From Octopus sinensis (Eukaryota), in assembly GCF_006345805.1 (NCBI RefSeq), contig NC_042999.1:113336001-113400000 (forward strand): DNA of 64,000 bases. Direction: 5' to 3'. This document shows positions 35,761-49,324 of this stretch, piece after piece. The position numbers were made by a program, and so were the translations under genes. The notes under the pieces are model-generated. The model was not told the origin of the DNA. It ran no database searches and saw nothing but the letters and a program-made list of their open reading frames with translations. Position 1 is the first letter of the stretch; each line of letters begins with the position of its first letter.

Positions 35761-36035
35761 TAACGGATATATATATATATATACACATACACATATACAA
35801 AAAATATGTATTTATATGTGTGTGTGTGTGTCATCGTTGTCGTTTTTGTATTTGTTGTTGTTGCCATCCTTCTTTAAATCCTTTACCTACTTTTGTAAAG
35901 GGGACCTATGATCAAAGGAGTGTTAGCTAAGCGTGTAAGACCTGTTTTCGTTTGTTTGTTTTTTTACGATGTAACGTATCTAAGATTACGTTACCCAACA
36001 TCTTTAACATTTTTTAAGATGGCAGAGGACGTTTT

Positions 36036-36100
36036 GGCTGCTATTTCTAGCAGCCATACTTCCACGTGCAATTACTTATAGTAATTGCACGTGGAAGTAT
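36036..36100. repeat. Perfect 21-bp inverted repeat (3-nt loop) preceded by an 8-bp hairpin
   Basis: ATACTTCCACGTGCAATTACT-tat-AGTAATTGCACGTGGAAGTAT (36056-36100); GGCTGCTA-tttc-TAGCAGCC (36036-36055). Confidence 0.95.
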
Positions 36101-36829
36101 CATACACAGATGAAGAGCTCAGTTTAAATCCTCGTGTGAACATCGTCTATGAGAGAGTACAGATCTGTTCAGAGAAAAGATTTCTTCAAACTACATAAAT
36201 TTCAAAGAAAAGGAAACTTAGATACGCGACATACTTTAGGAAGACATTTCTTCTTTGAAGTAAAACTGTAGGAGATCCCTCGTACGCCAGACAAATGGAA
36301 TATGAATAAAAATTGATTTTTGCATCATACTTATGAGCATATGTATATATATATATATATATATTGTGCATGTGTGCGTGCACTAACTCCACTTATATTA
36401 AAGACTGTGGTGATGGTTAAACGCTATTTCCGTTTATTTAATCACGATTCAAATTACATCTGAATAAAAAAAAACATTTTACACTTATAGAAGGCATAAG
36501 TTTAAACAAAAATTTTAATTAGCATAAAAATAAATGTAATTTAATTAAGAACATTTTAACAGTATTTTAATTTTTATTATTTGATATTATACTCTGAGCA
36601 AATCAGACGATTAATAACTGTTTAATTAGATTGTCTTAACATCTGTTGTAATGGGTAAACGAAAGGGTCTGTTCCTCACACATGCAATCGAGATTTGTAC
36701 ATCTGCCTAAGGTGATATGATGTTTTCAAGCTTAGTAAGTGCTGCTTACCATACTGTGGTTATCTTCAATGGAACTGGTGGCTATTTCCACCGTCCTCAA
36801 TCAGGATAACCACAACCACTGAAATAAGG

Positions 36830-37470
36830 GGCGAACAATACATTCACATTGTGACAATGGAGAACAGGCAAAATGATCACAGTTGACATTTTGAAAGACG
36901 TCCGACAGAGATGCTGCATGCAGATTAGTGTCGCTGATATCAAGAATCGCCTAAAAGTAGTTTGAGATTGTGTGATGTATAAAAAATTTCTCTGAAACAA
37001 TAGCATCAAGAGCATAAGAAATGGATGACAGCATACTGGTCAAAAATCTTGTGGTAGAAGTCAAAATTCAATTTGATGTAATCTGACGGCCGATTGCATA
37101 TCTGGTGATGCACAAGGGAAGAGAAGATTTCGATTCAGAGTGCATATATCTGATAGTTAAACATTGTGGTGACAATGTCCAGATGTAATGCTAAATGATT
37201 GGAAAAGAAGTTGATGATATACTACATCAGATCAAAAATATCCTAAATTGTACAGTCTTAAAGAATATCAAGAAGACTTTGCTTTCAAATATCAAGAACC
37301 ATATGGGCTAGTGGTATATTTATCTGTACAACAACAATCCAAAACATATAAGAATAATGGTGGAAATTCATCAAAAGCACGAAAATTTAAGTGATGCAGT
37401 GGGCAGAAGAATCCCTGAATTAAAATCCAGTGGAAAATTTGTGGAAATGAGTTGACATGAAAGATTTCGG
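36830..37470 (+). mobile_element. Highly degenerate Tc1 transposase remnant
   Basis: Residual VKHCGDNV (TVKHGGGSV-like), QQ.NPKH (QQDNDPKH-like) and W..ES..LNPVENLW.E (SPDLNPIENLW-like) in the expected order. Confidence 0.6.
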
Positions 37471-38641
37471 GTAGCCGACATATTATTAGCGTCATATGAT
37501 GTCTTATATGATATTCTTCTTCATCTTCAATATTTCATTTAATTTTATTGACAGAAAATTGCATGCTTTAGATTTTCTGAAATTAAGTAACGTATATTTT
37601 TGTAGCGTTATTGATACTGTCAATAATTACATTAGGATAATTTTAAACTTCGTGTTTAAACAAACATCATTTAAAAGAATAAAAGAAACTCTTCCTATTC
37701 CTACATAGTATGAATCGTAAATAATTAAATAAATGGAAATAACACTTAATCACCAGAATACTCCTGTTCTAAATTAAATGATACCTTACCATGTACGTAT
37801 GAAACGTCAATATATCTGTGTATGCCACTATGTATCTATTTATCTACACACACACGCACGAATATACACTTTCACTTGTAATTCTCTTTATGTATTGTAA
37901 TGAGCATGAAACTTTGTTACAACTACAATGTCTATATGCAGGTATTCGAGTATGTTTGTTCCCTCTTTCTTTCTCTCTCTTTGTCTCTCGATGTGTCTGT
38001 ATATGTAAATATATATGTAATGTGGATGGTAAGGAATACGACTGAGTATATAAAGATATTTGACACAAAACATATTGTGGTCTATCTTTCTCACTGTAAT
38101 GAAATGATCAGAATGTTTAGATATAAAAAAGAAGGTCAAATGAAATCAATAGAATGCCAATATATTTTCAAATATTTCATATGTGTGTTGTAAAACATCG
38201 GCAATAAATACCAGCATGGCATTTGATTGATTTTTTTACCAATTGAAAAAGAAAAAAAAATCACTGAATACACATACTCAATTACGCGCAAAAGCATGCA
38301 TATATACTCGCAAAATGAAATAGATGTGCGTATGGATGTGTGTATGTATGCATGCACGTAAGGTGCATATGTATACTTAATTGTTTGTATTCAATGATTT
38401 ACATACACACATACACACGTATATATATATATATATATATATAGTTGATGCATGTACATGTGTTTGTAGATGTATGTTTAACATTTACATTTTAAACGTC
38501 CATGTAACAAAGCACTATATATATGTGTGTGTGTGTGTGTCTGCGTGTGTGTGTGTGTGTGTGTCTGCGTTTGTGTGTACGTGTGTGTGTATGTTTATGC
38601 ATACACATGCAATGATTGGCAAAGATACTCCCACTCTCTAC

Positions 38642-38690
<49 letters not shown>

Positions 38691-39179
38691 GATAGATGGA
38701 ACAGATATAATATATATATATATATTATATATATATATAAAGGGAGATAGGCAGAGAGATAGAGAGATAGATAGACATTATCATTGTCCTTTTAGTAGAA
38801 TAATTATACTTCTTTTTTAAAACATTTAAGAGTAGTAAATAGACTGTTGACTTCAGCAACAGCAAAAAAAAAAAAAAGCTGATATATAAGATCGATGAGT
38901 CTTGGAGCATAGATATAGATAATGTATCACATAACAAAAAGAATGCTGTTTCACGTTCATCAGTAGCAGTTGACAGGCAGATATGATCTGTTTTATCCTA
39001 ACATTTGCATGATTCAAACGCTTTTGCTTACGTCTAATACTTTTATCTGATCCGAACCTTTCTTTCTTCTGATTTCACTACTGAATCTTAATACAAGTGT
39101 AATATCGACTTTATGTATAGTGTCTTACAGTTAGCTTGAGACAACAGATATGCACACACGCACGCGCGCGCACACGCAT

Positions 39180-39224
<45 letters not shown>

Positions 39225-40489
39225 TGCACACACTCACACACACACACACACACACACAACACACACACACACGCATGCACACACTCACACACACACACAC
39301 ACACATACACACACACACACACAAACGTAGGCACACGAACACAGACACGCACACATACACAAATATATAAAGTGCGTGAAGATATATGTATGTATATAAA
39401 TTGTGTATCTGTGTGTACTTACAGGAATGCTTATATGCAAATGCATTTGCTTGTGTGTGCGTTTGTGTGCATGAGTGCATATGTGTGTGTATGTGTGCAT
39501 GTGTGTGTGTGTGTGTGTGCATGTCTGTGTGTGTGTGCGTGTGTGCGTGTGTTTATCTGTGTAAAGGGTGCTTTGGAGGTAGAAATGTGATAAATTTCAT
39601 ACTGTGACTTCATGCTGGCATCCAATTTGATACCAACGATAACCAATAGTTGCGTGAAACCGTCTTGTAGATTTTAGCAGATTCTACAGGCTTAATACTT
39701 ATTCACGTAAACACACCTACCCCCCACCACACATACACCCTCACACAAATACATTTATACTTATACAAACAAATACATAGGCACGCATATACACATATGG
39801 TCATTATTGACGGGCAATTGCCTTACAACTGTACAATTGTTTTACACATTCTTTTCTTGATGTATAAGCTATGGAACCAGAAAATATGAATAGTGGATAA
39901 AAAAAAGTGACGACAGATTAAGTACACAGGAGGTGAGGTCGACATATTTAGGTGTTTTTGTAAGTTATTCTTAGAAAAGGAAATACTAAATATTAAGAGA
40001 ATAGACGTTGAAAGAAGAGAGAGAGAGAGAGCGAGAGAGACATAGGGAGAGAGAGAGAGGGGGGTGTAGAGAGAGAAGGAGAGAGAGAGGGGCAGCGAGA
40101 AGAGGAAGAGGTTGAAGAAGGGGAATGAAGAGGCAGGGTGTGAGTGAGAAGGAAAGAGGAAGTGGTCGTATCATAAGGTTAAAAAGCTTGACCTTTTCCT
40201 TAATGGCATATCAACCTTGGCGAATACGTGATTATCTCCCTTTATCAAGTATGAGTTCCTCAGTCGTAGATTATGGCTTGCGTGAAAATATTTGGAATTG
40301 CACTCAAAATCTCGAGCCTATTGCGCCGAAGTATGAATGGATGGAGCACTGAGCTCACATCGGGGAGGTAGAGATTAGGCTTTGTCAAAATCAAAACGTG
40401 GAATCTTCTAAGAAGTTAGCACGCTACCCTTGCTTTTTGTTTTGTGTATGTTACTGCTTTGTGTTTGATTTTGAGAAATACGAAAGCTG

Positions 40490-40790
40490 ACTATGAGTTT
40501 AAGAAAAGGAAAGATAACATCAACCATCTACTTTTTATGGACTACCTGAAGCTATATTGGAAAGATGAAAACTAGCTGAATTCACTGATTCAAGCAGCGC
40601 ATTGCTTTAGCGCGTGCATTAGAATATAATTTGGGTTGAAAAAGTGTGGTGTTGACTCTTAAAAGAAATAAAATTCAGCAAATGGATGCTATGAAATTGA
40701 CCACAAAAGACTAGACGGGGAAGGATTACAAGTATTGTGGCATACTGGAAGTAGACTGAATGAAAGACAAATGAAAAATATAATTTTGTT
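40490..40790 (+). mobile_element. R4/Dong-like (RLE-clade) reverse transcriptase fragment
   Basis: INHLLFMDYLKLY.KDEN*LNSLIQ..HCFS...FGLKKCG.L.LKR...YKYCGILE matches the HLLFMDDLKLY...FGL.KC...YKYLG pattern. Confidence 0.7.
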
Positions 40791-41126
40791 TTCCTTGTAC
40801 GACACTTCTACACATCAGCAAACAGATCTTACACTATTTGCATACACACCACTGGCTGACTACGGCGAGTCGTTTCGAAAGTGGAGGAGTGTGTGATACT
40901 GAAGAGTGGAAATGATCGCGAAATGTCGATAGTTCTTGTTCACTTCCGGGGTGATTTTGCTCCACCTGTTTTGAGATATACTGTTGTTTTAAGAGGATTA
41001 GTCTTCAAAGGTGTCTCCTTTAAACGAAATACCGCAGCTTTGTAGCGTTCACTAATACACATACATTATGTGATAATGACAATGTTTATATATATATAAT
41101 GTGTGTGTATACACATATATATATCT

Positions 41127-41220
<94 letters not shown>

Positions 41221-41223
<3 letters not shown>

Positions 41224-41694
41224 GCACACGCAAACAAATATATTTTAGCTGAAATTCTATCATTTCCCTCCGTTTCATCTTCACTCACTCTTTCTTTCTC
41301 ACTCTCTCACTACTCTTCCTCTATATTTTCATTAATTTTACCAGCTAAAAAATAACTGGCGTCAACATACCTCGTCAAATCGTTATTACTTATTATCTTT
41401 CCTAGGAACAGCAAATGCAAGCAACTACACATGAGGGATCTCCCCTACTTTTACTTAAACTATTGCTGCGTGGTTGTCTACTGTTTATACTCTTCTACTT
41501 CCATTATATATTCAGTCTGGCCTATGATGAAATACAAGAATGTATTGGAACAATTGGACGGCTATAAACGTTGCTAGGTTAATAAAAAACTAAGTCTTCA
41601 GTTTATAACGTATGGAGTACTTCCTTGAGTTATAGCCTATCCATAATCATGATACACACACACACACACACACAACACACACACACACACACAC

Positions 41695-41757
<63 letters not shown>

Positions 41758-42190
41758 GCACACGCAAACAAATATATTTTAGCTCAAATTCTATCATTTC
41801 CCTCCGTTTCATCTTCACTCACTCTTTCTTTCTCACTCTCTCACTACTCTTCCTCTATATTTTCATTAATTTTACCAGCTAAAAAATAACTGGCGTCAAC
41901 ATACCTCGTCAAATCGTTATTACTTATTATCTTTCCTAGGAACAGCAAATGCAAGCAACTACACATGAGGGATCTCCCCTACTTTTACTTAAACTATTGC
42001 TGCGTGGTTGTCTACTGTTTATACTCTTCTACTTCCATTATATATTCAGTCTGGCCTATGATGAAATACAAGAATGTATTGGAACAATTGGACGGCTATA
42101 AACGTTGCTAGGTTAATAAAAAACTAAGTCTTCAGTTTATAACGTATGGAGTACTTCCTTGAGTTATAGCCTATCCATAATCATGATACA
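41221..42190 (+). repeat. Near-identical tandem duplication, period ~535 bp, joined by (CA)n(TA)n
   Basis: 41221-41655 versus 41756-42190; by eye I found only one non-microsatellite difference (GCTGAAAT vs GCTCAAAT). Confidence 0.95.
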
Positions 42191-42207
42191 CACACACACA
42201 CACACAC

Positions 42208-42263
<56 letters not shown>

Positions 42264-42860
42264 CATACATTCCTAAACACATATATAAATACATACATAC
42301 ATACATACACACATACATACATACATACATACATACATACATACATACATACATACATACATACATACATACATACATACATGGTTGAAGTCAACTCGTA
42401 ACTAGGTAAAACGATTTCTTAGAATCAAGAAATTCTTGTGCGTGGATTTCTTTGAAGTAGGTAAAATGTTGCACAGCACAGCAACTGCTTTTCAATGCCG
42501 TCAGCTATAAAACCAGTGGCATAATGAGGTTGAGGCGACCAGAAACCAACTGCATTTCGGGGTTTTTAAAAGAGTTTACCGTCTCCTAGAAGGAAGTTGT
42601 TACGAAAACTAAGAGTCCTTTACTTTCAGTTGTCAATAGACTACTTAAGCCATAACTTGGAACCTGATGTACTGTACACATATATACACATATATACACA
42701 TGTATGTATGTATGTATGTATGTATGTATGTATGTATGTATGTATTTGTGTGTGTGTGTGTGTGTTCATGCGTGGTGTATTGCTGAAGTGTGAGTGCATA
42801 TACAGTCCAGCTCTGACACACCTGGACACACCAACACACACGAGCACAAACACACACAAG

Positions 42861-42893
<33 letters not shown>

Positions 42894-43039
42894 ACACACG
42901 CACACGCACACACACGCACACGCACATGCACACACACACATACACACACACTCTTTCTCATTATGTATATTTATGCATGACTGTGTGTATTAATGAACTT
43001 GTATCTAAGAGCCTGTCTGCAAGATGCATTTCAGAGGTT

Positions 43040-43440
43040 TTGAGACATTTTTAGGATTTAATTTCGAAAAAGTACAAAGCTCAAACTGACTTCAATGCAC
43101 TTGTTTCAGCATTCCAGCCACTTCGTGAAGGCTCCACGTAAGTCTTCCAAAGTGCAAGTTTCTAGTACCCTTGTTATAGCCTCCTTCATCTTCTTCAGAA
43201 TGGAATTGCGGACTGGTGCACTGTCCGGGTGCGGTTACTCTGGCTTTTCACAACGGAATCTCCTCCCTGAACTCTCTCAAAACTTCCACAAAATACTCTT
43301 TGTTGATCGTCTGGCCAGAGGTAACCCAATGGTGTAGATGATGACCTTACTTTCGAAAAGAGGATCATCCTGAGCTTTCCTGTGGACTTGCTTTGCCTGG
43401 CCTCTTGTGCTAGAAAGTAACAGAACCTCGACTCATACAA
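43040..43440 (-). mobile_element. Internally deleted mariner-like remnant
   Basis: EARQSKSTGKLRMILF; GQTINKEYFVEVLREFRE.IPL*K; GAFTKWLEC*NKCIEV; related to 10845-11118. Confidence 0.7.
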
Positions 43441-43474
43441 GTTAATCTATAAGCATTTCATAAGTTTCGGCAGC

Positions 43475-43860
43475 AAGGCGGCGAGCTGGCAGAAACGTTA
43501 GCACGTCGGGCGAAATCGTCTGCCGCTACGATCTGAGTTCAAATTCCGCCGAGTTTGACTTTGCCTTTCATCCTTTCGGGGTCTAGTAAATAAGTACCAG
43601 TTACGCACTGGGGTCGATATAATCGACTTAATCCGTTTGTCTGTCCTTGTTTGTCCTCTCTGTGTTTTGCCCCTTGTGGGTAGTAAAGAAATAAGTATTT
43701 CTCTGTCTTTACGTTCTGAGTTAAAATTACGCCGAGGTCGTCTTTGCCTCTCATCCTTTTGGGGGTCGATAAATTAAGTACCAGTTGCGTACTGGGGCCG
43801 GTCTAATCGACTGGTCCCCTCCCCTCAAATTTCGGGCCTTGTGCCTAGAGTAGAAAAGAT
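43475..43860 (+). mobile_element. SINE family B, dimeric form
   Basis: Head plus monomer ending GTGGGTAGTAAAGAAAT, then a second monomer ending AAATTTCGGGCCTTGTGCCTAGAGTAGAAAAG. Confidence 0.85.
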
Positions 43861-44704
43861 ATGTTTCCGCAGCGTTTTAACCGCAAAACTCGTTGCGTAG
43901 CTAGCTTCCAAACGTCCAAACTGCATTCTGCTAACTCGTCAGCCTTGACGGACAGTGTTTTAGTAGGATGTATTTATAGAGCTATCGTAGTCGTTTCCTT
44001 CAATCTTTAATAACAAAAGTTGGCAGGTCAGCTTATTAGATGTATAGTAATGATATAATAAAATTACAATAATCTAGAACAGTTATAACTGCTTCTCCTA
44101 AAAAAAAGTCTCGAAACTTCTTGTTTGCAATGACATAACACATGATAAAGTAATTTAAGTCTGTTTGCATGGTTTCGATACACTATTCAATTTAGTATAG
44201 TTTAGTGTTTTCAATATAAGTTCTTTTCTACCACTTTCCAACGTGATTGCCTTAAATTCATATCTGCAATTTATTTCATGGCTGCAATTTATATACAATA
44301 CCTATCTTTCAAACTTCTGGATTACTGTAAATATCTATCACTAAATATATTTCTTCGTCTCTCATAACCCTTCTGGTAAAGTGACTTGAACAAAATGATT
44401 ACGGAAGTTTAATCTGACGTAATCATCATGTAATTGTCACTGAAACGCGTGTTAAGATGCTATAAGTAAATCATATCATACTATATTCTGTCTTGTACTA
44501 TTTATCCGTTCGCTCTTTCCATTATAGCCAACAAACATATAACATAAAATTATTTGTGTAATCATACACATTTTCCTCCCAGGCCTCTATATTCGAGAGT
44601 AATGTAACTTACGGCGCTCTCATTCAATGGTTATATATCGTGCAACTTTACCACGTACTTTATGGTCATTATATTTGTAAGTATTTAAGTGCATGTGTGT
44701 GTAC

Positions 44705-44747
<43 letters not shown>

Positions 44748-44783
44748 TGTGTGTATATATCTCCACCACTCTCTTTCTTTCTG

Positions 44784-44818
<35 letters not shown>

Positions 44819-45344
44819 ACATGAGCTATGAGCTAAGAGAAATAACTCAAAGTAGCCAATGGCATGTATGTGAGTAACATAGATAAATACACGTATATCA
44901 AATACCTTACTGCATCAGTTCTTGATTTGTTTAAATTATATTCGCCTCTAGAGGATATAGATATGTCATTAAGGAAGAGGACATGACATAAGAGGACGGT
45001 TATGGCCACATGTGTCTGGCTTCCAGACTATAAAGGGAAATTCTTGGGTCTTAAGATTATCTCCCCTTCTTAAGTTGAGCTGGTATTATCTAGAGGCGGG
45101 CATAATTTTAATAAATCAAGAATTTATGTTATAAGTTATTTGAGGAATTTGTATTTGTATATTCATGTGTATGTAAATACGTGTGTGTGTGTATGAGTAT
45201 AAAAGAAGGGTGAAAATACCGCTTGCCAAAGATAAAAGCGATAGCTTCAAAAACCACCAATCCTGCGATAAATACACACAAGAGCAATGCAATGAACACT
45301 AAAAAATAAGCTTACTTATTATAGTAATATTCTTTTCTGCTCTA

Positions 45345-45548
45345 GGCACAAGGCCCGAAATTATTGGGGAGGAGGCCAGTCGATTAGATCTACCCCAGTA
45401 CGCAACTGGTACTTAATTTATCGACCCCGAAAGGATGAAAAGTAAAGTCGACTTCGGCAGAATTTAAACGCAGAACGTAAAGATAGACGAAATACCGCTA
45501 AGCATTGCGCCCGGCGTTCTAACATTTCTGCTGGCTCACCGCCTTGAA
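45345..45548 (-). mobile_element. SINE family B
   Basis: CTAGGCACAAGGCCCGAAA..CCAGTACGCAACTGGTAC..GCTGGCTCACCGCCTT. Confidence 0.88.
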
Positions 45549-45614
45549 TTACAGTAATATTACCAGTTCTGTGCATCAAAACATACGTCCTAGTAAGTAA
45601 CAAAACCCAAAAGA

Positions 45615-46650
45615 AAATGTGCTAACAGAGAAAAACCTAGCAAAGTGGCCACAATTGAAGAAAAAAGTTGTAGAGTGGGTACTTGAAAATCGTCAAAATG
45701 GAAAGTGTGTTACTTGTGAAGCCATCCGAGTTCATGCACGAAAAGAATCAAAGAAGGATGGAATTTCAGATTTTAAAGCAAGTGTTGGGTGGTGCACTAG
45801 GTTCATGAGACGTTATCACTGAGTACTTCGGGAGAGAACTAAGATCTCCCAAAAGCTGCCTGCTGATCTAGATGATGTCATCAGAAATCATCGGAAAGAG
45901 GGGTATACATTATCATATATTGGAACATGGACGAAACATCTGTTACTCTTGACATGCCAGAGAATCGAAATGCGAATCAAAAAGGAGAAAAAACAGTATT
46001 CATGAGAACCACTGGTCACGAGAAAAGCAAGTTTACTTTAGTTATTTCATGTATGGCTGATGGTACTAAATTATAACCGATGGTTGACTTTAAGAGAAAA
46101 ACTGTGCCGAAGGAGAAAATTACAAAAGGAATTGTCATCCATGTGCATCCATGAGGATGGATGGATGAAGGTGGATGTAGAAAATGGATACAGTAAGTTT
46201 GGAATTTACGACCTGGTGGACTACGAATGGAAAAGAATTTTCAAGGTGTGGGATCAGTTTAGGGCATATCTAGTGAAGAATGTTGTTGATAGCCCCCAGT
46301 CACAAAATACTGATATAGTTGTAATTTCCGGCGGAATTGCATGTGTTTTTCAACTATTAAAGTTAGTACCAATAAGCCATTTAAGAACATGATGAGAATC
46401 AAGTGGAATAACTGGATGTGTGATGGAGAAGAAACGTTTACGAAAGGAGATAGTATGCGGGCTTCCTCACTGCCTCTGATCTGTGAATGGCTCGCTGATT
46501 CATGAAAGGAAAGAAAAGTTGAAACAGTTGTCAGAAGCCATCCGAATTCATGCACGAAAAGAATCAAAGAAGGATGGAATTTCTGATTTTAAAGCCAGTG
46601 TTGGACGGTGCACTAGGTTCATGAGACGTTATCACTTAGTACTTCGGCAG
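45615..46650 (+). mobile_element. pogo/Tigger-type transposase remnant (CENP-B HTH plus DDE_1), with HTH segment duplicated
   Basis: KWPQLKKKVVEWVLENRQNG; FKASVGWCTRFMRRY; RTKISQKLP; NMDET; MRTTGHEKSKFTLVISCMADGTKL*P; ~45719-45828 is repeated at ~46535-46648. Confidence 0.8.
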
Positions 46651-46653
46651 ATG

Positions 46654-47406
46654 TACTATGCTGGATACATTTGGTGTTCGTCTGGTATGTTGATTTTGTT
46701 CATTTTTATGTGTTCCTATTATGCCTGCACTGACGATTAGAAAGTGGATTATGTACACTAACTATGAAATCATGATTTGCGGCTGAATCTGTTTTTAAGG
46801 GTTGGCTTTAAAGGTTGCATTCCCTCACGTTCGGCACACTGTGTATTTATTATGGTAGTTTTGACATTAAGAGTCCCTCATAGCGCGAGACATTTACGTG
46901 TGGTAATGCCCTTAATGTAAATAAATATATTTAAAGGGAATAATTATAAATTGTTCCCTTATGAGGTTTTCACGCTGACTACTCGATAAATTCTTATAAA
47001 GATTTTATCCTATTTTAAATTTTAAATTTAACCGGAATATATTCAGTGCTGAATTATTCTGAATATATACTTGTACCGAGATACAATTTGAAAAGCCCGC
47101 CTCTTACATAAATATATAAGAGTGACATCTCTATGTACTATGGTGGATATATTTGGTGTTCGTCTGGTATGTTGATTTTGCTCATTTTTATGTGTCTTGA
47201 TTATGCCTGCACTGACGATTAGAAAGTGGATTATGTACACTAACTATGAAATCATAATTTGCAGCTGAATCTGTTTTTAAGGGTTGGCTTCAAAGTTGCA
47301 TTCCCTCACGTTCGGTACACTGTGTATTTATTATGGTTGTTTTGACTTTAAGAGTCACTCATAGCGTGAGGCACGTACGTGTAGTAATGCCTTTAATTTA
47401 AATAAA
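46654..47406 (+). repeat. ~270-bp direct repeat (46654-46927 and 47136-47406)
   Basis: TACTATG.TGGATA.ATTTGGTGTTCGTCTGG...GTAATGCC.TTAAT.TAAATAAA appears twice with scattered substitutions. Confidence 0.9.
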
Positions 47407-48051
47407 ACTTTAATAGTGAATCGAGTAAAATTTGACTGATATTTCTATCAGGTGCAAAAGGCCTGCTGCTAGGTCAAATACTAACAATTGTTTGTGAATC
47501 ATTAAAATATTGTTTCTTGCATAGTAAATAGTTTCTAATTAAATGATTTAATTGGCTAAAAGAAAATTTAGAAAGCAATATAAAATAAGTAAAATAGAGA
47601 GTTTGAAGAAATGCCTCGTTTAAAATTTCTTTCATGTCACCTATATTTGGATGTATGCAAGCTAGTCGTATTATGCTGCAGGGTTTCGGTGCCTTGCTAG
47701 ATCCAGCTCAACCTCTGCACATGCGCTGTGCAAATGGAAGAATGATGTGACAGACGAAGAACAATTTTGAATAATGGGTTCTCATTTTTTACGTGTAATT
47801 TTAACGTGCAATATATAATTACTTGTAAACTATAAAAACTGTTAAATGTCAAATGTATATACAATTAATGGCTCAGGTGTATTCCAGGCATGGTTCACAA
47901 TAATTATCCAACGGAATTAAAACTGAAAACGAACAAACAAGCCCCCACCCACCCCAAAAAAACATGAATGATAAAATAATAAAGACAAAATGATTTGTTT
48001 TAATGCAATTTTATTTTGAGCAGAACCATGTTGCATACAATCACACTTTGC

Positions 48052-48131
<80 letters not shown>

Positions 48132-48231
48132 GGATATGTATGTATGTATATATATATATATTTATTTATTTATTTATTTATATATATATTTATTTATTTA
48201 TATATATATATATTATATATATATATTATAT

Positions 48232-48276
<45 letters not shown>

Positions 48277-49324
48277 ATAAATATGTTTGTATGTTTGTAC
48301 ATGTGTGTCTTTATGTGTTTTTATCTCGTGTTAATTTTAAATAAATTTTCTGATCTGCATTCAATTCAAAGATACAGATTATGTTGGCAAACAATCGAGC
48401 AAGTTCACAAATCAAAAGCACAATGCTAACTCGTCAAAACAGAGTCACACAACCCCCCCAAAATATATCTTCATGCAGGACTCTGGTGGACATCGTCACT
48501 TTTCTTTAGATCCTAGATAGCAATTCCTGTTAGCGTCGACCAGCTCTGAAAATATACAATAAATTTTATCTTGTTAGTTTAATTTTCTAAAACATACTTT
48601 ATTATTCAGTTTTAAACATTTCATACGAAAGTAACAAGCAAACGTAAGATGAAACAGAGATATTGTTATAATGGATATTGTTCAGTAGTCCCAAATCCGT
48701 TGTGATTGAGCAGGTCTATGACCAAGAGCATTCTAACCTTGACTATCCACCTTTTTTTAGGCATGATGTGGCCCAGACTACATTATCCAGTGTATAATTC
48801 TTTTGTAGCTGTACAGGATGCGAGTAAAGTGATATTTAATTGCTATTTCTACCAGGTAGAACGACTACATAGAGACTGGTTTCTTAGTAGGCTCAGTGTA
48901 ATACAATCTCTCAATGTGGATAAATGTCTCTGTTGCAAGATCTTTTTTTTGTCTTTTAAAAGAATTCGTGCTCACCACTGAAAGCTAGTGGATGATTTCT
49001 CTGCCTAGACAATGTATCTCACTGTGCCATTACGAACGGTTCTCTTTGTGTTAGTTTATGTTGATGTTATTTAACCCTAGAATAAGAAGACCTATCACCA
49101 AAAGTCTTCCACTCCGTCTTTTCGTATATTTGGAACTATGTCGTCTGATCTGCGTTTTTAATCTATATTATTATTTTTTTTTTTTTGCTTTTCTTAAGGG
49201 ATAAGATATAATCTGAGAGGTATTGGGTACTATTGCTAGCAAGTCAATGGACTGCATAAAGGTTCCCGAGTTGGCTTATATGTTAATGTTAGGTGTGATA
49301 TAATAGTTCTTTCTACTATAAACA

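Noticed and set aside
38935-38975. Minus-strand CTGATGA-ACGT-GAAAC
   Set aside because: Only 4 nt lie between the core boxes, so stem II cannot form, and stem I does not pair.
40895-40940. CTGAAGAGTGGAAATGATCGCGAAATGTCGATA hammerhead-like string
   Set aside because: Stem II is weak (two G-U of four pairs) and there is no stem I complementarity; consistent with chance.
44943-45098. 10-bp inverted repeat CGCCTCTAGA/TCTAGAGGCG, possible tiny MITE
   Set aside because: Too short, with no TSD and no second copy in the window.
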